Part shown: positions 46,801 to 56,579 of the stretch, one piece after another
Position numbering within the stretch: position 1 is the first letter of the stretch
Layout of the letters: each line of letters starts with the position of its first letter
DNA from: Ascoidea asiatica JCM 7603
Taxonomy: Eukaryota > Fungi > Ascomycota
Reading direction: 5' to 3'
DNA: 64,000 bases
Assembly: GCA_001600695.1 (NCBI GenBank)
Contig: BCKQ01000002.1
Span: 1,899,434-1,963,433, forward strand
Translations under genes and position numbers: made by a program
The notes under the pieces: model-generated
The model's input: only the letters and a program-made list of their open reading frames with translations
Database searches by the model: none
Told to the model about the DNA's origin: nothing

Positions 46801-47456
46801 TTCAAATTGTCATTTTTTCTCAATGGGAAGAATTCCTAACAATAATTTCAAACGGATTAAGGCATAATAAGATAAAATTTTTAGGATCAAAGTTTCTAGG
46901 TAATATCAATGGATTTAAAAGAGGAAAAAATTCAATGACATCTTCCAATATAAGTCTATTCAAAAATGATTCTTCCATTACATGTTTTCTATTGAATGCA
47001 AAAGCCCAGTCATCAGGATTAACGTTGGTTAATGCTACTCATGTATTTTTATGTGAGCCTTTAGTTAATACTTCTTTAGAATTACAGGCAATTAATAGAA
47101 TTCATAGAATTGGACAAGAAAAACGTACTACAGTTTGGATGTTTGCAATTGCTGGAAGTGTTGAAGAATCTATTGTTAAATTGTCAACTAAAAAAAGATT
47201 GATGACTTTAAGTAAGTCCACTAAAGAAAAAAGTAAGGGAAAAAGTGAGGAACCTTTACTTGAAGAATACGAAGAAACTGAAGAAAGTGATGACAGCTTA
47301 AATGAAAACAGCAATGATGATTCTGAGAAGGAAATGTTTAAAGACTTAATTGAAAGTGAAGAAATGATGGAAAGCACCAACAACATGCTCGAGAAATCAG
47401 TCAAGGGAGGTGAAATTGTTCCTTCTGGAGATCTTTGGGAAGCTTTTTTTCTGTGA
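40851..47456 (+). CDS. IRC20: SNF2-family helicase / RING E3 ligase (Irc20/SHPRH-like)
   Basis: EEMGLGKT, TTLIICPESILSQWVEEI, FWRLILDEVQMV, WGVSGTP, LRQTCCH, RING CIIC..CGHQYC..C..CPIC, FSQW, GLTLVNATHVFLCEP..QAINRIHRIGQ. Confidence 0.9.
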   Translation: MSSIDSSNKNDFRNNIIHNDQILVTEFNLSNIIKFLNFKNDIDSNIIASSNSIIDSTSSSYYTNNNIIPDKSIQNNNNSINNENKENINIIDYNINSNFGFKLLKHHVKIYESLKKLISDYDFNNPLNSVEINENDDIQNSETELDISNPNDLRSEIKNELEDLRFSRYNRNGSSNKNNNKTKIFNQKDYNKKNSNNEIDFNNVNINNLHENDSEITNNNILDTVDNNDAQQIKVEDVDIESLSSGNLKGDVFDNDTPDIDDQETITNITSSRSSNNMNMSNNNSQNIIEKLKLSEKVNFFFDDDFIMKPIDLKNLKPSINIKGRKRKASIKAKNQKPDKNKNRNVKSIQPSTTTSNKKRKFTSKTSKTINSTIIFKEPELKNKEERQISENIESVSEIEQTDNIIPIEYDESDLEDICEIENKFPIQTISTNQGFELDQQSNNLQEIDSTNFLIEVHSKVLKYRKKINNKNLKTFTLESLRLFSFEINKENYNQISNHLSLINSDLKFRSQSQSRNQNPNELNSTSSNTLNIESLLDFFPPTLNLSLTELSNDYHNDKENENDENDVNSFQINISINYKINLIVNNNFNNLISNSNNFIKIDTLFNLYSVFEKNNFISYNDANLKIDNFSNLVEDISCNLYYIYPFLNYLSKSSYNRILLDLKKSLTEKSKNSSIFSNLNKKKASFITPHYFYTLITEYTRNLNFNANDNNFKRYFTKLIQNLEQDSLVLDLDADLFNFQKRTLLWLLNNENMLYNFNTNKIESSKFFKDDFFKIKKKISSHSFTKQLLKKEQVHFENTKPSKKQVHVEKVYYNYHYILYLLNKISFGWIRLNFDILDKRLTIPPQNNLAEPSFLDPFPPYRYYWYNKFTGNLFSSETILAFLTGTYNTTLNLQNDQYSGFLRPGLYAQNLLSEEMGLGKTLELISLISLNKRLDLPIYEYKDYHNLTINYNLESNNDNFEGNERYAYDSTLGRFVLKSKTTLIICPESILSQWVEEIFKYSTNLKVLNYEGLKEFYKQLLEQDLLNKKKKSNKNCNANSSHTHHSNTELDAENKTECNDITTQKYLINHLETLDKNRVAYELAQYDIAITSYQCVSKELHFALYNPNLRNTRSRTNNEESYNYFSPLVLLQFWRLILDEVQMVSSKSSNPSRITKIISRCHSWGVSGTPIKKNLHDLSHYLTFLRKEPFLSNEKVWDLLISNADDFRNLSMNLAIRHDKAMVRYDISLPVQERILLTVSFSPIEQNNYEHLYKQFLTSVSLNIKGEPIVDDWEPNSIIHSRMSEWLVRLRQTCCHANMGRNKQTKSSSIKTLDQLLVDLLDDVRSKVNTLERDEINLVFERACIKEFLNKSMEFKNIVMEYYSSIKRKIEKTTKELSILEKWKQEREELDVSLEESNSSRDVEIDEDDYIVRSKARLRSWYEALHKYYFMIGSAHFQIANDIAKKGKFEAKDLEDLVKCSIPVSEADENDDQSISKNNYVRNKKLENLYYSKAEMIRDDLLLEQTNLVEEGIKKLKKKNLKIDFPQIDVTLFATANIPKITNLNLRIHFNYVFRVIDELNIQGKKITEWIKELKTILMTGALDYKSKGDEYAESLIDQDKSFYLFKVIEKAIMHRSVLIQGRSQFLPSSFAGTLFNEPIMLDIKVKKAEDENDIINTFKENLEKSLKKITPSICLSNDFLNLSVKALIIKSKSFENRDNHEVLTKTEIKEVSLLYTKLNKFYRQENSVLESFKKQVFQSFNTLHNIKAQYYAQLQVISDSVQDADMNKYKGRFVKDDIKDMKIEDKLSILDKAEENIVQKIEHIKTKISKNKGRVQYLETLSEKHLAVSESRKENKETENERICIICRSSITIGVLTECGHQYCNDCLDLWLKNHRTCPICKRQIIKSNIYNFTFPRRSLKVNLIPNSNVTADENHSSQNFNINGTKNSNDKTSQLTLYNRVEDEKLKEINNLSLNSKYRYGSKVDIIIKLILYLKSKDENVQIVIFSQWEEFLTIISNGLRHNKIKFLGSKFLGNINGFKRGKNSMTSSNISLFKNDSSITCFLLNAKAQSSGLTLVNATHVFLCEPLVNTSLELQAINRIHRIGQEKRTTVWMFAIAGSVEESIVKLSTKKRLMTLSKSTKEKSKGKSEEPLLEEYEETEESDDSLNENSNDDSEKEMFKDLIESEEMMESTNNMLEKSVKGGEIVPSGDLWEAFFL

Positions 47457-47757
47457 CACCAGTGTTTGCGATGAAAATATGAACGGACAAATGCCTGCAT
47501 TACAGGGATATTTTTATAGATATAAATTAATTTACGCTATTTTGTTTATCTAATTACCCGCTAGTTTTGAAATACATCGAAGTTTTGATTCTTGTTTGAT
47601 CTAGAATATTCGCACGGTTTTCCGCTGTCTGTAAAAAGCTTTTTGTTTGTTTTTAAGCAGATTGAATTTTTATGTTCTAAATTAGCAAATATTTACAATC
47701 TTTATTCGAAAAGAAAACAATTGGTTTGCTTTTATTAATAGCTATTAAATAAATGAA

Positions 47758-48402
47758 ATGAATGTGCCCAAAGTCATTTTCAGAGAAACTTTGTTGCGAA
47801 GCTCATTTAAAAGATTTACTTTCAATAGACTTAATGTAGGAATTATTTCGGTTATAAATCATAGACCTCAACTTTCTCAAAGTTGTTTGAATGAAGTGAG
47901 TAATTACTATGTTGGTGGAGGCCAGAACCGAAAGTTTTCTTCAAATTCTAGGATTCTAAATCAAGAAAATGATGAACTTAAAAATAATAAAATCAAAGGG
48001 AGTAAATTTGAGATTCCAAATCAAGAATTAATGTTAGCTTTTACCTGTAAAAAATGTTCTAAACGATCAAGCCATATTATCTCAAAACAAGGATATACCA
48101 AAGGCACTGTATTAGTTGAATGTCCTGGTTGCCATAATAGACATATAATTGCGGATCATTTAAAGATATTCAATGATAATCATATTACAATTGAAGATAT
48201 TTTAAAAGTAAAAGGTGAAACTGTTTCAAAAAATACAAATGATTTAGTATTTGAAGAAATACCAGAAAGATTGAAGGGAATTTTAGGTAGATATGCAAAT
48301 GATTCTCCTGAAAATATGAATAAGGTCAAAAATTTTCTTGAGAATGAAAAAGAATTTGGTGTGGATAAAAAATTTTTACCAAGTAATAAAAAAAAAATTT
48401 AA
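47758..48402 (+). CDS. ZIM17: Mitochondrial DNL zinc-finger Hsp70 escort protein Zim17/Hep1
   Basis: Presequence-like N-terminus; LMLAFTCKKC..RSSH..SKQGYTKGTVLVECPGCHNRHIIADHLKIF. Confidence 0.93.
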   Translation: MNVPKVIFRETLLRSSFKRFTFNRLNVGIISVINHRPQLSQSCLNEVSNYYVGGGQNRKFSSNSRILNQENDELKNNKIKGSKFEIPNQELMLAFTCKKCSKRSSHIISKQGYTKGTVLVECPGCHNRHIIADHLKIFNDNHITIEDILKVKGETVSKNTNDLVFEEIPERLKGILGRYANDSPENMNKVKNFLENEKEFGVDKKFLPSNKKKI

Positions 48403-48775
48403 TTTAGCAAAATTTTCATTAAGAATAGTTTCATCAAACGTAAATTACTTATAAGTATAAAAGTGACAAAAGTTTTGAAATCAGTAATTTCTACACCTAA
48501 AATTGAAAGAATGGGCTTTAATTTTTTTATTTTTTTGATTATCTGAAGCTCTTCAATGATTTATTAATATTTGAAAAAGTAAAGAATTTGATATTATAAA
48601 TTAACAATATATAAAAATAAGATAAAAAATAAAATCATTTTGTAAATTTATAATATAAGTCATAGGAAAAGTAGAAATATGTTTAAGCCAAAATATAGCA
48701 TAATTATTAGTGGATAAATATCAAAAAATCTATTCATATTCTTTATCTTCGCGATCTTCACTTTAAAGGTGACTA

Positions 48776-48895
48776 TCATTCATTTTCTCTCCCACATCCT
48801 TCACATAATGGAATATTTAATCCATTGATTTTACCACAATAACAGGTCCAGAAATTATCTTTAGGTCTAGGAACGCTAGCATGACGATAACCCAT
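48776..48895 (-). CDS. 39-aa zinc-finger micro-ORF (or truncated pseudogene) sharing the zinc-finger motif of 32407-32703
   Basis: MGYRHASVPRPKDNFWTCYCGKINGLNIPLCEGCGRENE*; same W-x-C-x-CG-x-IN-x-L-x-I-x2-CE-x-C pattern. Confidence 0.5.
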   Translation of the reverse strand: MGYRHASVPRPKDNFWTCYCGKINGLNIPLCEGCGRENE

Positions 48896-50276
48896 TTCTA
48901 AAAGTTTTTTTTCTCTTTTTAATACAAGAAGATATAGTTAGTTTAAAAATATAGGATACCAGATCAAAGTATTAAAGAAATTAACAAATGCAAAAATATA
49001 AAACCGTTTGAAGCAAATTATAACTTAAACCTAATTTAAAGTAAAATTGAAGATGATTGTCAATGATATTTTATAAATTTTTTTCTTTTCTTATTAAATA
49101 ATCAAATAAAAATAAAACCATGAAAAGCAAAGCTATTTATATTAAAATTTTGCCTTTACTAAAAAAAAAATGAATAGTTTCTTACTTTTGCTTTCATTGA
49201 TTAAGTTCATAATGTTAAGAAATTGTTAGTTATCATAGATACCTCATAGAAGAGACACTGACTTGGTAAAACAACTATATAATTTATAATAATACTAGAT
49301 GTGATATGCAATAACAGGATTCTATGAAGGAAAAAACAAGCGAGTTAAATTTTTATAATCTTCACTGTTTTTGATTGAGACTGAGACTGAGACTGAATTG
49401 TACTGGGTAAAAAGAATATCCAGTAAATTAACACTATTATAGCTTAAAAGTAGAAGAATTCTTAACATTGAATTTCAGCACCGTTGAAAAGGAGAAAAAT
49501 ATCCTAATAAATCCGTTAAATTTTAGGTAAATCCTTAAAATATACTCTGATGTTACAAATGAAAGCAAAAAAAGAGAAAAGAAGATAAAGACGAATTTTA
49601 TTCATTTACCAATTTGAAAGTGCTTGCAGGATTGAAAAGACATACTTAAATCTTCGCAAAAAGAATTTGAATAGAGATAAAAGATTAAAAAAAAAGTTCT
49701 TGAAATAACATTTATTGATGATTAACTATCATTTTAAATTTTAATACTTGTTTACAAATTAAGTATGATTTTTTATAACCCACCACAAAGTTTTTTCTTC
49801 ACTGAAAATATGAAAAGCATATAATCAGAAATTTCAATGAAGTTTTAAAAAAATTATCAATTGAAGATTTAATGGAATTTAAATGCAATTGAAAAATCAA
49901 TCAAAAAGAATTCTAAACAAATAATTAAAAAAAGGATAATTTGTTTTTAATTTATACCTCAGAGAAGACAGTGAAGAACTTATTATAAATTAAGAGATCC
50001 AGAAATTAGTATAACAAATCAGCCTTATTCTTGTTTACCAAACGAAAAAGAGAAACTGAGCCTGCAATAAGGAACTCTTTCAAAAGACCCACAAAAACGG
50101 CGATTTATTTTTTTTGCTGAGTCAGCAGAAATTCCAGAAATCTGGTCTCGAAGTTGCGAAAATTCCAGATTCATAAATTTATAGCAAAAGAAGAGGAACA
50201 AAAAAATATAATTTATGTAAAAAAGAGTTTATCAGAAGAAGATTTTATATACTGTACAAGGAAAATCAGAGTACAA

Positions 50277-51584
50277 TCAGTAAGGAGCATAATTGAATCC
50301 TAACTCATCAATTTCATCTCCATCTTGACCATAGAATCCAACAATTTGAAATCCTGATGGTGCTGTAAATGTGGTACAAGTACCGGATGTCTTACCTGCT
50401 GAGACAGTGTTGCCATCTGAAGTGGTTAATTTCAAATAGAATACTCTGGTGTGACTACTATATGTATCAACACAAGCATAAGCTCCAGTTAAATATTCAC
50501 CATCTGTTAATGTTAAAGAATATGCATCACCTCCAGTACCACCATGAGAAAATACAGTTCCATCTTCAAGAGTAAGAGATACAGCATCTAATCTATTGGC
50601 TCCTCTTAAGGTTACAGACGAAGTCATAGAACCTTCAGCAATATCATCAAGATCATTGAACCAGGTACCATGGAATCCACCAACAATATCACTTTGTTTG
50701 AAGGTAGAGGATAAGGTATAGGTGAAATTGACTAGAACTGGGTTATGATCAGATAAAGTACTACCTTCATATTCAAACAAAGTACTTTCATAATTGAAAG
50801 CATTGGCAGTAAGAGTGATGGCCTTACTACCTCTGTAAAGGACTTTGTCAACGGTTTCACAGGTATTGTTGGCAGCAGGATTGTCACATACCAAAGCATC
50901 TGCTCCTTGGGCTGGAGCTGAACCATCTCTGATCAATTCAACCCATGCATCAGTCATATCATTTTGGGTGCCGAATAAACGAATAACATCAGCAGTTCTG
51001 GTGTAACGAGAATTGGTGTCACCGAACACAATAACAGCATCTCCATCGGCATTTGCATCAATCCAATCAGCAACTTGTTCAATGTTATCTGCTCTGGCCT
51101 CGTTGTCGCCATCCTCACTTCCTGCATCCGTATGGAGATTGATGAAATCAATATAAACTCCATCTTCTAATCTGACCTTCATATATGTGAACCCCTTTGG
51201 AGTCAAACAATCATTTTCAGAAGCATCAGAACAGTCATCCCATTTGGTTCTACCGAAATTGATCCAAGGATAATTGGATAATGAATTCAACCCAGAACCA
51301 ATAGCTGCACCTCCAGAAGTAGCGGTTCTGTATGTATGGTCATCATATTCATATAAAGTTGAATGGTAGTTGAAATCCTCTTGAACATGAATAACATCTA
51401 ATTGATCCTTATATGTTGAAAATAAGGATCCGATTTGGGTGGTGGCAGTAGTTTTATCTAAACTTTCATCATTACTTTGAAGAACTTCAGGTAACCCAGC
51501 TACATTGAATGAAAGAACATTGAAAGCACCATCAGCAGCAATTAAACCTGCGGAATAAAATGCGTATAAAATTGAAGTAAGCAT
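50277..51584 (-). CDS. Secreted EEP (sphingomyelinase/DNase I-like) phosphohydrolase with a C-terminal jacalin-like lectin domain
   Basis: Hydrophobic signal peptide; FNVAGLP, QEDF, PKGF, NLHTDAG, FGDTN, DKVLYR, LSDHNPV; jacalin motifs GGFHG, RLDAV, HGGTGG, LTDGEYLT, IVGFYGQDGDEIDELGF. Confidence 0.85.
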   Translation of the reverse strand: MLTSILYAFYSAGLIAADGAFNVLSFNVAGLPEVLQSNDESLDKTTATTQIGSLFSTYKDQLDVIHVQEDFNYHSTLYEYDDHTYRTATSGGAAIGSGLNSLSNYPWINFGRTKWDDCSDASENDCLTPKGFTYMKVRLEDGVYIDFINLHTDAGSEDGDNEARADNIEQVADWIDANADGDAVIVFGDTNSRYTRTADVIRLFGTQNDMTDAWVELIRDGSAPAQGADALVCDNPAANNTCETVDKVLYRGSKAITLTANAFNYESTLFEYEGSTLSDHNPVLVNFTYTLSSTFKQSDIVGGFHGTWFNDLDDIAEGSMTSSVTLRGANRLDAVSLTLEDGTVFSHGGTGGDAYSLTLTDGEYLTGAYACVDTYSSHTRVFYLKLTTSDGNTVSAGKTSGTCTTFTAPSGFQIVGFYGQDGDEIDELGFNYAPY

Positions 51585-52599
51585 TGTATAAAAGGCTACT
51601 CTTTTTTTTGAGCTAAAGAAAAAATTTCAAAATATTTGTTAATTCAATTATTTGAGATATTTATTTGTGGAGTTGATTGTTTTAGATATTTTAGTTGGCT
51701 CAAATCTTTGGAAAAGTCTAGTCTTTTTTATACCATTTTTTTGATTTATTGAATTTCATTCAATTTTGGTATTTATACAATACTTTCAGCAAAATTTATT
51801 CTGACCTAGGAACATTCTGCCAATCAAAAATAATAGATTTCAATAAGTGAATTTTAGGTGGTTTAGACTATTCAATAAAAGTAATTCAACAATATTTTGT
51901 GTAGGTACATTATACAAGAGTATGCATTAAATTTTTCCTAAAAAGATGATAATCTTCTTATTCGTCACTTTTCACTGTTACTTGAATTTTTTTTCTGGAT
52001 TTATAGTTAAAATTAGTCTCGAAGTTTCACAACGATATGCTTCTCTGTTTTCTTCAAAATAAATAAAGGATTTTTAATTTCTAGTAACATATACTGTATT
52101 TCGTAGTAATTTTATAAGTAACATTTTTATTATTTACCACTATAGCAAAATCCTTATATGAAAAGTGTTTTGTAATTTGAGAGTCATATTCTTTTATAAA
52201 AAAAAAAAGATTTATTTTTATTTATAGGAATCCATTTCCGAGAGTAGTTTCTTTTATACAGGGTTGAATACCGAAATATCCACATGAAACCAATGGATAA
52301 ATGATATTTTCAAAAGCCATCTCTTTTAAACAAGGTATTGCTTGAATATATAATTAATTTAGTTCTAACCAAAAGAAAAATAGTATTAGAGCATCTTTTC
52401 TCACCTATTACTGGTTGGTTATTAGAGCTGTATTGATACTGTACTATTTGAATTCCCATGCTGAGTTATGTATTATTGCATATCACTCAAACCCTTTTTT
52501 GTTCAAAGAAAAAATGCTTTAAGCTTTTAGGTAAGAAAAACGTTTTTACTAAAAAAATTTGGCTGTCAATTTGACAATAATCTGGATAATCAAATTGGC

Positions 52600-52605
52600 A
52601 ACGTG
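52600..52605 (-). promoter_or_regulatory. Pho4-type E-box (CACGTT) in the shared EEP/acid-phosphatase promoter
   Basis: caACGTGgg on + strand, i.e. CACGTT on - strand, about 610 bp upstream of the acid phosphatase. Confidence 0.4.
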
Positions 52606-53213
52606 GGTGTTTATTTGGATTTTGCTGCTCACTATTAGTACATATTTATTTCCAAAAGGGGATTAACTTAAAATCAGTATTACATTTGAACGTCAATCCA
52701 AATGAATTCGAGACAAGAGTAAAATGATTCAATCAATTAACATTGGCAGGTTAGCTGAATTTGCTCGGCCTAGAAAAATCTCGTTAGGATTAAAAGAGAA
52801 AGGAAATTTTTCATAGCTGAATTAAAGACAATTTGATGAATTCACATTCAATTTATTGTGATTGTTTTTACAAAATTCAATGTTCGGAAAGCCTCTTATT
52901 TTGGAGTAGTTTGTGAGATGTATACCAAGTGATTTCAGTCAACAATGAAATCTCATGTTTATTGAGTAAACTCAATTAATAATGAAATTTTCAATTGCTG
53001 CAGAACATCATGATAATTTCAGATATAAATATTATCCAATTTATCTCCTTGAAAATATAATTTGAAAGAAAACAGATATTCCAATTTAATAACTTCTTGG
53101 ATTTATTCTTAATCAAATATTTATCTCACATTCGTTTATTTTCTTTATATAATCTCTTCAATTTTTTTATAAAAAAAAAGATTTTTAAATAACATACTAA
53201 TATATTATTAAGA

Positions 53214-54602
53214 ATGTTTTTTTCAAGTTCTGTTTTACAAATTTTAGTATTGGCTTTAGGTGTTTCAGCCTTCCCTTCATTCAATTACAAACCATACCCT
53301 CAAGACTCAGATGAACAGTACAATAAATTAAGATATTTAGGTACAACTGGTCCATACATTTCAAATCGTGGATATGGAATTTCACCAGAGGTTCCACCAC
53401 AATGTACAGTCACGCAAGCTCATTCATTTATGAGACATGGTGAAAGATTTCCAACTACCGGTACTGCAAAGTCACAATCAGCTTTAATCAAAAGAATGCA
53501 AAACTCAAATGTTACCAATTTTAAAGGCCCATTAGCATTTATTGAAGATTATGAGTTCTATGTTAAAGATAATAATGATTTGGAAACCGAATCCACCAGT
53601 GGATTTTATGCAGGTTTGAAAGATGCTTATGATTTAGGTGTTACTTTACGAGAAAGATATAGTGATTTATGGGATGGAGAAACCCTTATGCCAGTTTTCA
53701 CTAGTGGTCAAGCTAGAGTTGTAAATACAGCTAGATATTTTGCTAAAGGTTTTTTCCAAGATAGTTATTCTAATTTATCATCAATTCAAGTTATTCCTGA
53801 AAAAGAAACCCAAGGTGCAAATACTTTAACAAGTCACGATGCTTGTGCCAATTATAATTCCTCTTTTAATGACGCAATTACTAATTCATTTTCTTCTGAT
53901 TACCTTGATGTAGCAGCTGATAGATTAAATGAATTAAGTCCAGGATTTGATTTAGATGGTGATGATGTTTATGTATTAATGGGACATTGTGGTTTTGAAT
54001 TGAATGTTGTTGGAAACTCTCCATTTTGTGAAATTTTCACTCAAGAAGAATTGATTAATTTTGCATACTCCAAGGATTTAGGTTTCTATTATGAAAATGG
54101 AGCTGGTTATAATTTATCTGTTCCATTGGGATCCGTATATGCCAATAATACTTATACCTTATTAAGTGATGATTCTTTAAATCTTACTTTTTCATTTTCT
54201 CATGATACAGATATTGTAACATTTGTAACTGCTTTAGGATTATTTAAACCTGAGAAAGATTTAAGTGCAGATAAAATTGATTTTGGATCAGTCTTTAGAA
54301 GTTCAGAAATTGCTCCAATGGGTGCTAGAATTATTCATGAACGTTTAGAATGTAATGAAAGTTATAATGAAACTGAATCGACAATTGAAACTTATGTAAG
54401 AGTTATTGTCAATGATGCAGTTATTCCAATTCCAGATTGTCAAGATGGACCTGGTTTTTCATGTTCATTAGAGGGTTACAAAGAAAATTTTGAAGATTTA
54501 TTAAATGGTTCTAATTATCTAGATGCATGTGGAGTTAATTCAACATATCCTCAATATTCTAAATTTTATTGGGATTGGACACCTACTTTTGAAAATAATT
54601 AA
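53214..54602 (+). CDS. Secreted histidine acid phosphatase/phytase (PHO5/PHO3 family)
   Basis: Signal peptide, RHGERFP catalytic motif, FSHDTD, PMGAR, YVRVIVNDAV, CQDGPGFSC. Confidence 0.93.
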   Translation: MFFSSSVLQILVLALGVSAFPSFNYKPYPQDSDEQYNKLRYLGTTGPYISNRGYGISPEVPPQCTVTQAHSFMRHGERFPTTGTAKSQSALIKRMQNSNVTNFKGPLAFIEDYEFYVKDNNDLETESTSGFYAGLKDAYDLGVTLRERYSDLWDGETLMPVFTSGQARVVNTARYFAKGFFQDSYSNLSSIQVIPEKETQGANTLTSHDACANYNSSFNDAITNSFSSDYLDVAADRLNELSPGFDLDGDDVYVLMGHCGFELNVVGNSPFCEIFTQEELINFAYSKDLGFYYENGAGYNLSVPLGSVYANNTYTLLSDDSLNLTFSFSHDTDIVTFVTALGLFKPEKDLSADKIDFGSVFRSSEIAPMGARIIHERLECNESYNETESTIETYVRVIVNDAVIPIPDCQDGPGFSCSLEGYKENFEDLLNGSNYLDACGVNSTYPQYSKFYWDWTPTFENN

Positions 54603-55103
54603 TTTTTTCTAAATATCATATATTTACTCTTTTTACTTTATTATTTCTTATATTTTCTAGTGTTAATTTTATAATTTAATTTCCTTTTTTTTTAAACATT
54701 TTGTTTGATTATCTATACTTTTATAAAAATACCAATTGTTTCAATATATGAAATGAAATCAGTTTACAATTAATACTAACTATGAAAGTTGTTGAGAGGT
54801 TATCTAAAAGCTCTTATAAAGTCCATATATTCTCAATGATAATTGAGTATTACGAGTTTAGTAATAGGAACCTTTAAATTTAAAAGAATTAGCTTTATAA
54901 ATAGTCAAATTTTGTTTTTAATGAGAGATACTTAATTTTTCTAAATTTTATTGACTTTTGTAAAAATAAACTGCATATAAATTTTGAAACAAGCTCCTAA
55001 AATAGTTTTTTTATTACAGCTTAAATGATACTTGAAAGATATATTTTTTTCAAAAAAACTTAAGTGATTGAAATAATAATAAAATAATTTTCAATAGATT
55101 TCA

Positions 55104-56579
55104 TTATACAAAAGCTAATCTTTTAATAATCATATGTAAACATTTTGCAACAAAAATAAAATAAATAATTAAAATTAAAATAAAAGCAGAAGTAAAAAGA
55201 AAATTATATTTTGGATTAATTTTTTGTTTAAGTATATCAGAAATACCAATAATTAAAACAAAAATAAATTCATAAATTAAGAAAAAAAAAGTAATTAATA
55301 AAGCATCTTTTGTTGAAGATCTTAATTGAAAATTTTTAAATTTTAACTTATTTGTAAAACCTCTATGAATTGGAATTTTATTATAAGATAAATTAACAAT
55401 TTTTAAATTTTTTAAATTTTTTATATTTTTAATTTTTTTAATTGAATTATTATTTAAATTTAATTTTTTTAAATTTATTAAAAAACTTAATTCTATTGAC
55501 ATTAAATTAATTGAATTAAAACTTAAATCTAAGAAAATTAAATTTTTTAAAAATTTTAAATTTTTAATTTCTTTAATAAAATTATATGATAAATTTAATT
55601 TTTTTAAATTAATTAAATTATTTAAATTTTCTATAATTAATAATTGATTTTTAGATAAATCTAAAAAAATTAAATTTTTTAAAAATTTTAAATTTTCAAT
55701 TTTTTTTATAAGATTATTTGATAATTTTAAAAATTTTAAATTATTAAAAAGATTAAAATTTAATGGAATTTTAATTAAATTACATGAATTTAAATTTAAA
55801 TATTTTAAATTTAATAAATAATTAAAATTATTAAAATTTTTAAAATTATAAATTAAATCAATTGAAGATTGATTATTATTATTATTATTATTATCATTTG
55901 AAGGAGGAGGTAATAAATTATTTTTATATAAATTTAAATAATTTAAATTTATACAAAATTTTAAAAATTTTAAATCTTGATAATTAAAATTATTTTTTGA
56001 TAAATTTAAAAATTTTAAATTATACCAAAATTTTAAATTAAAATTTATTATTGAATTTAAATTTAAATTTGAAATATTATAAGAACATGAATTTAAATTT
56101 AAAAATTTTAAATTTTTTTTTGAATTTAAATATAATAATAAAATTAAATTTGGAGATAATTTTAATGGAAAATATGAAAAATTATTAAAAAATTGAATTG
56201 AGATTAAATTTAAACAAAATGGAGTTGAAATATTATCAATTATTGATAATATATTATTATTTATAATATTATTATTAAATGGAATTATAAATAAGAATTT
56301 AGTATAAATTTTAAAAAAATGAATAAATTTTTTAATTTTAAAAAATTGAATTAATTTTTGATTTAATTTTATATAATTTTTAAATTTTTTTTTATTTAAT
56401 TCATTAATAATTAAAATACTTTTAAAATTTGTTGATAATATAATTTTTTTAAATAATTTTTTATATGATTTTTTAATAATTATTAAATTATTTGATAAAG
56501 TTAATAACCAAACTTTATCAAATGGTAAATAATTTATAATTTTTTCAATAATTTGAGGTGATAAATGATTATTTAACAT
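55104..56579 (-). CDS. F-box + SDS22-like leucine-rich repeat protein with two C-terminal TM helices
   Basis: N-terminal LSPQIIEKIINYLP (F-box-like); repeated LxxLxLSxNxIxxIENL; hydrophobic ALLITFFFLIYEFIFVLIIGI and FLFTSAFILILIIYFIFVA. Confidence 0.75.
   Translation of the reverse strand: MLNNHLSPQIIEKIINYLPFDKVWLLTLSNNLIIIKKSYKKLFKKIILSTNFKSILIINELNKKKFKNYIKLNQKLIQFFKIKKFIHFFKIYTKFLFIIPFNNNIINNNILSIIDNISTPFCLNLISIQFFNNFSYFPLKLSPNLILLLYLNSKKNLKFLNLNSCSYNISNLNLNSIINFNLKFWYNLKFLNLSKNNFNYQDLKFLKFCINLNYLNLYKNNLLPPPSNDNNNNNNNQSSIDLIYNFKNFNNFNYLLNLKYLNLNSCNLIKIPLNFNLFNNLKFLKLSNNLIKKIENLKFLKNLIFLDLSKNQLLIIENLNNLINLKKLNLSYNFIKEIKNLKFLKNLIFLDLSFNSINLMSIELSFLINLKKLNLNNNSIKKIKNIKNLKNLKIVNLSYNKIPIHRGFTNKLKFKNFQLRSSTKDALLITFFFLIYEFIFVLIIGISDILKQKINPKYNFLFTSAFILILIIYFIFVAKCLHMIIKRLAFV

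Noticed and set aside
3781-47500. Numerous antisense or alternative-frame ORFs nested in long genes
   Set aside because: Shadow ORFs of low-complexity coding sequence
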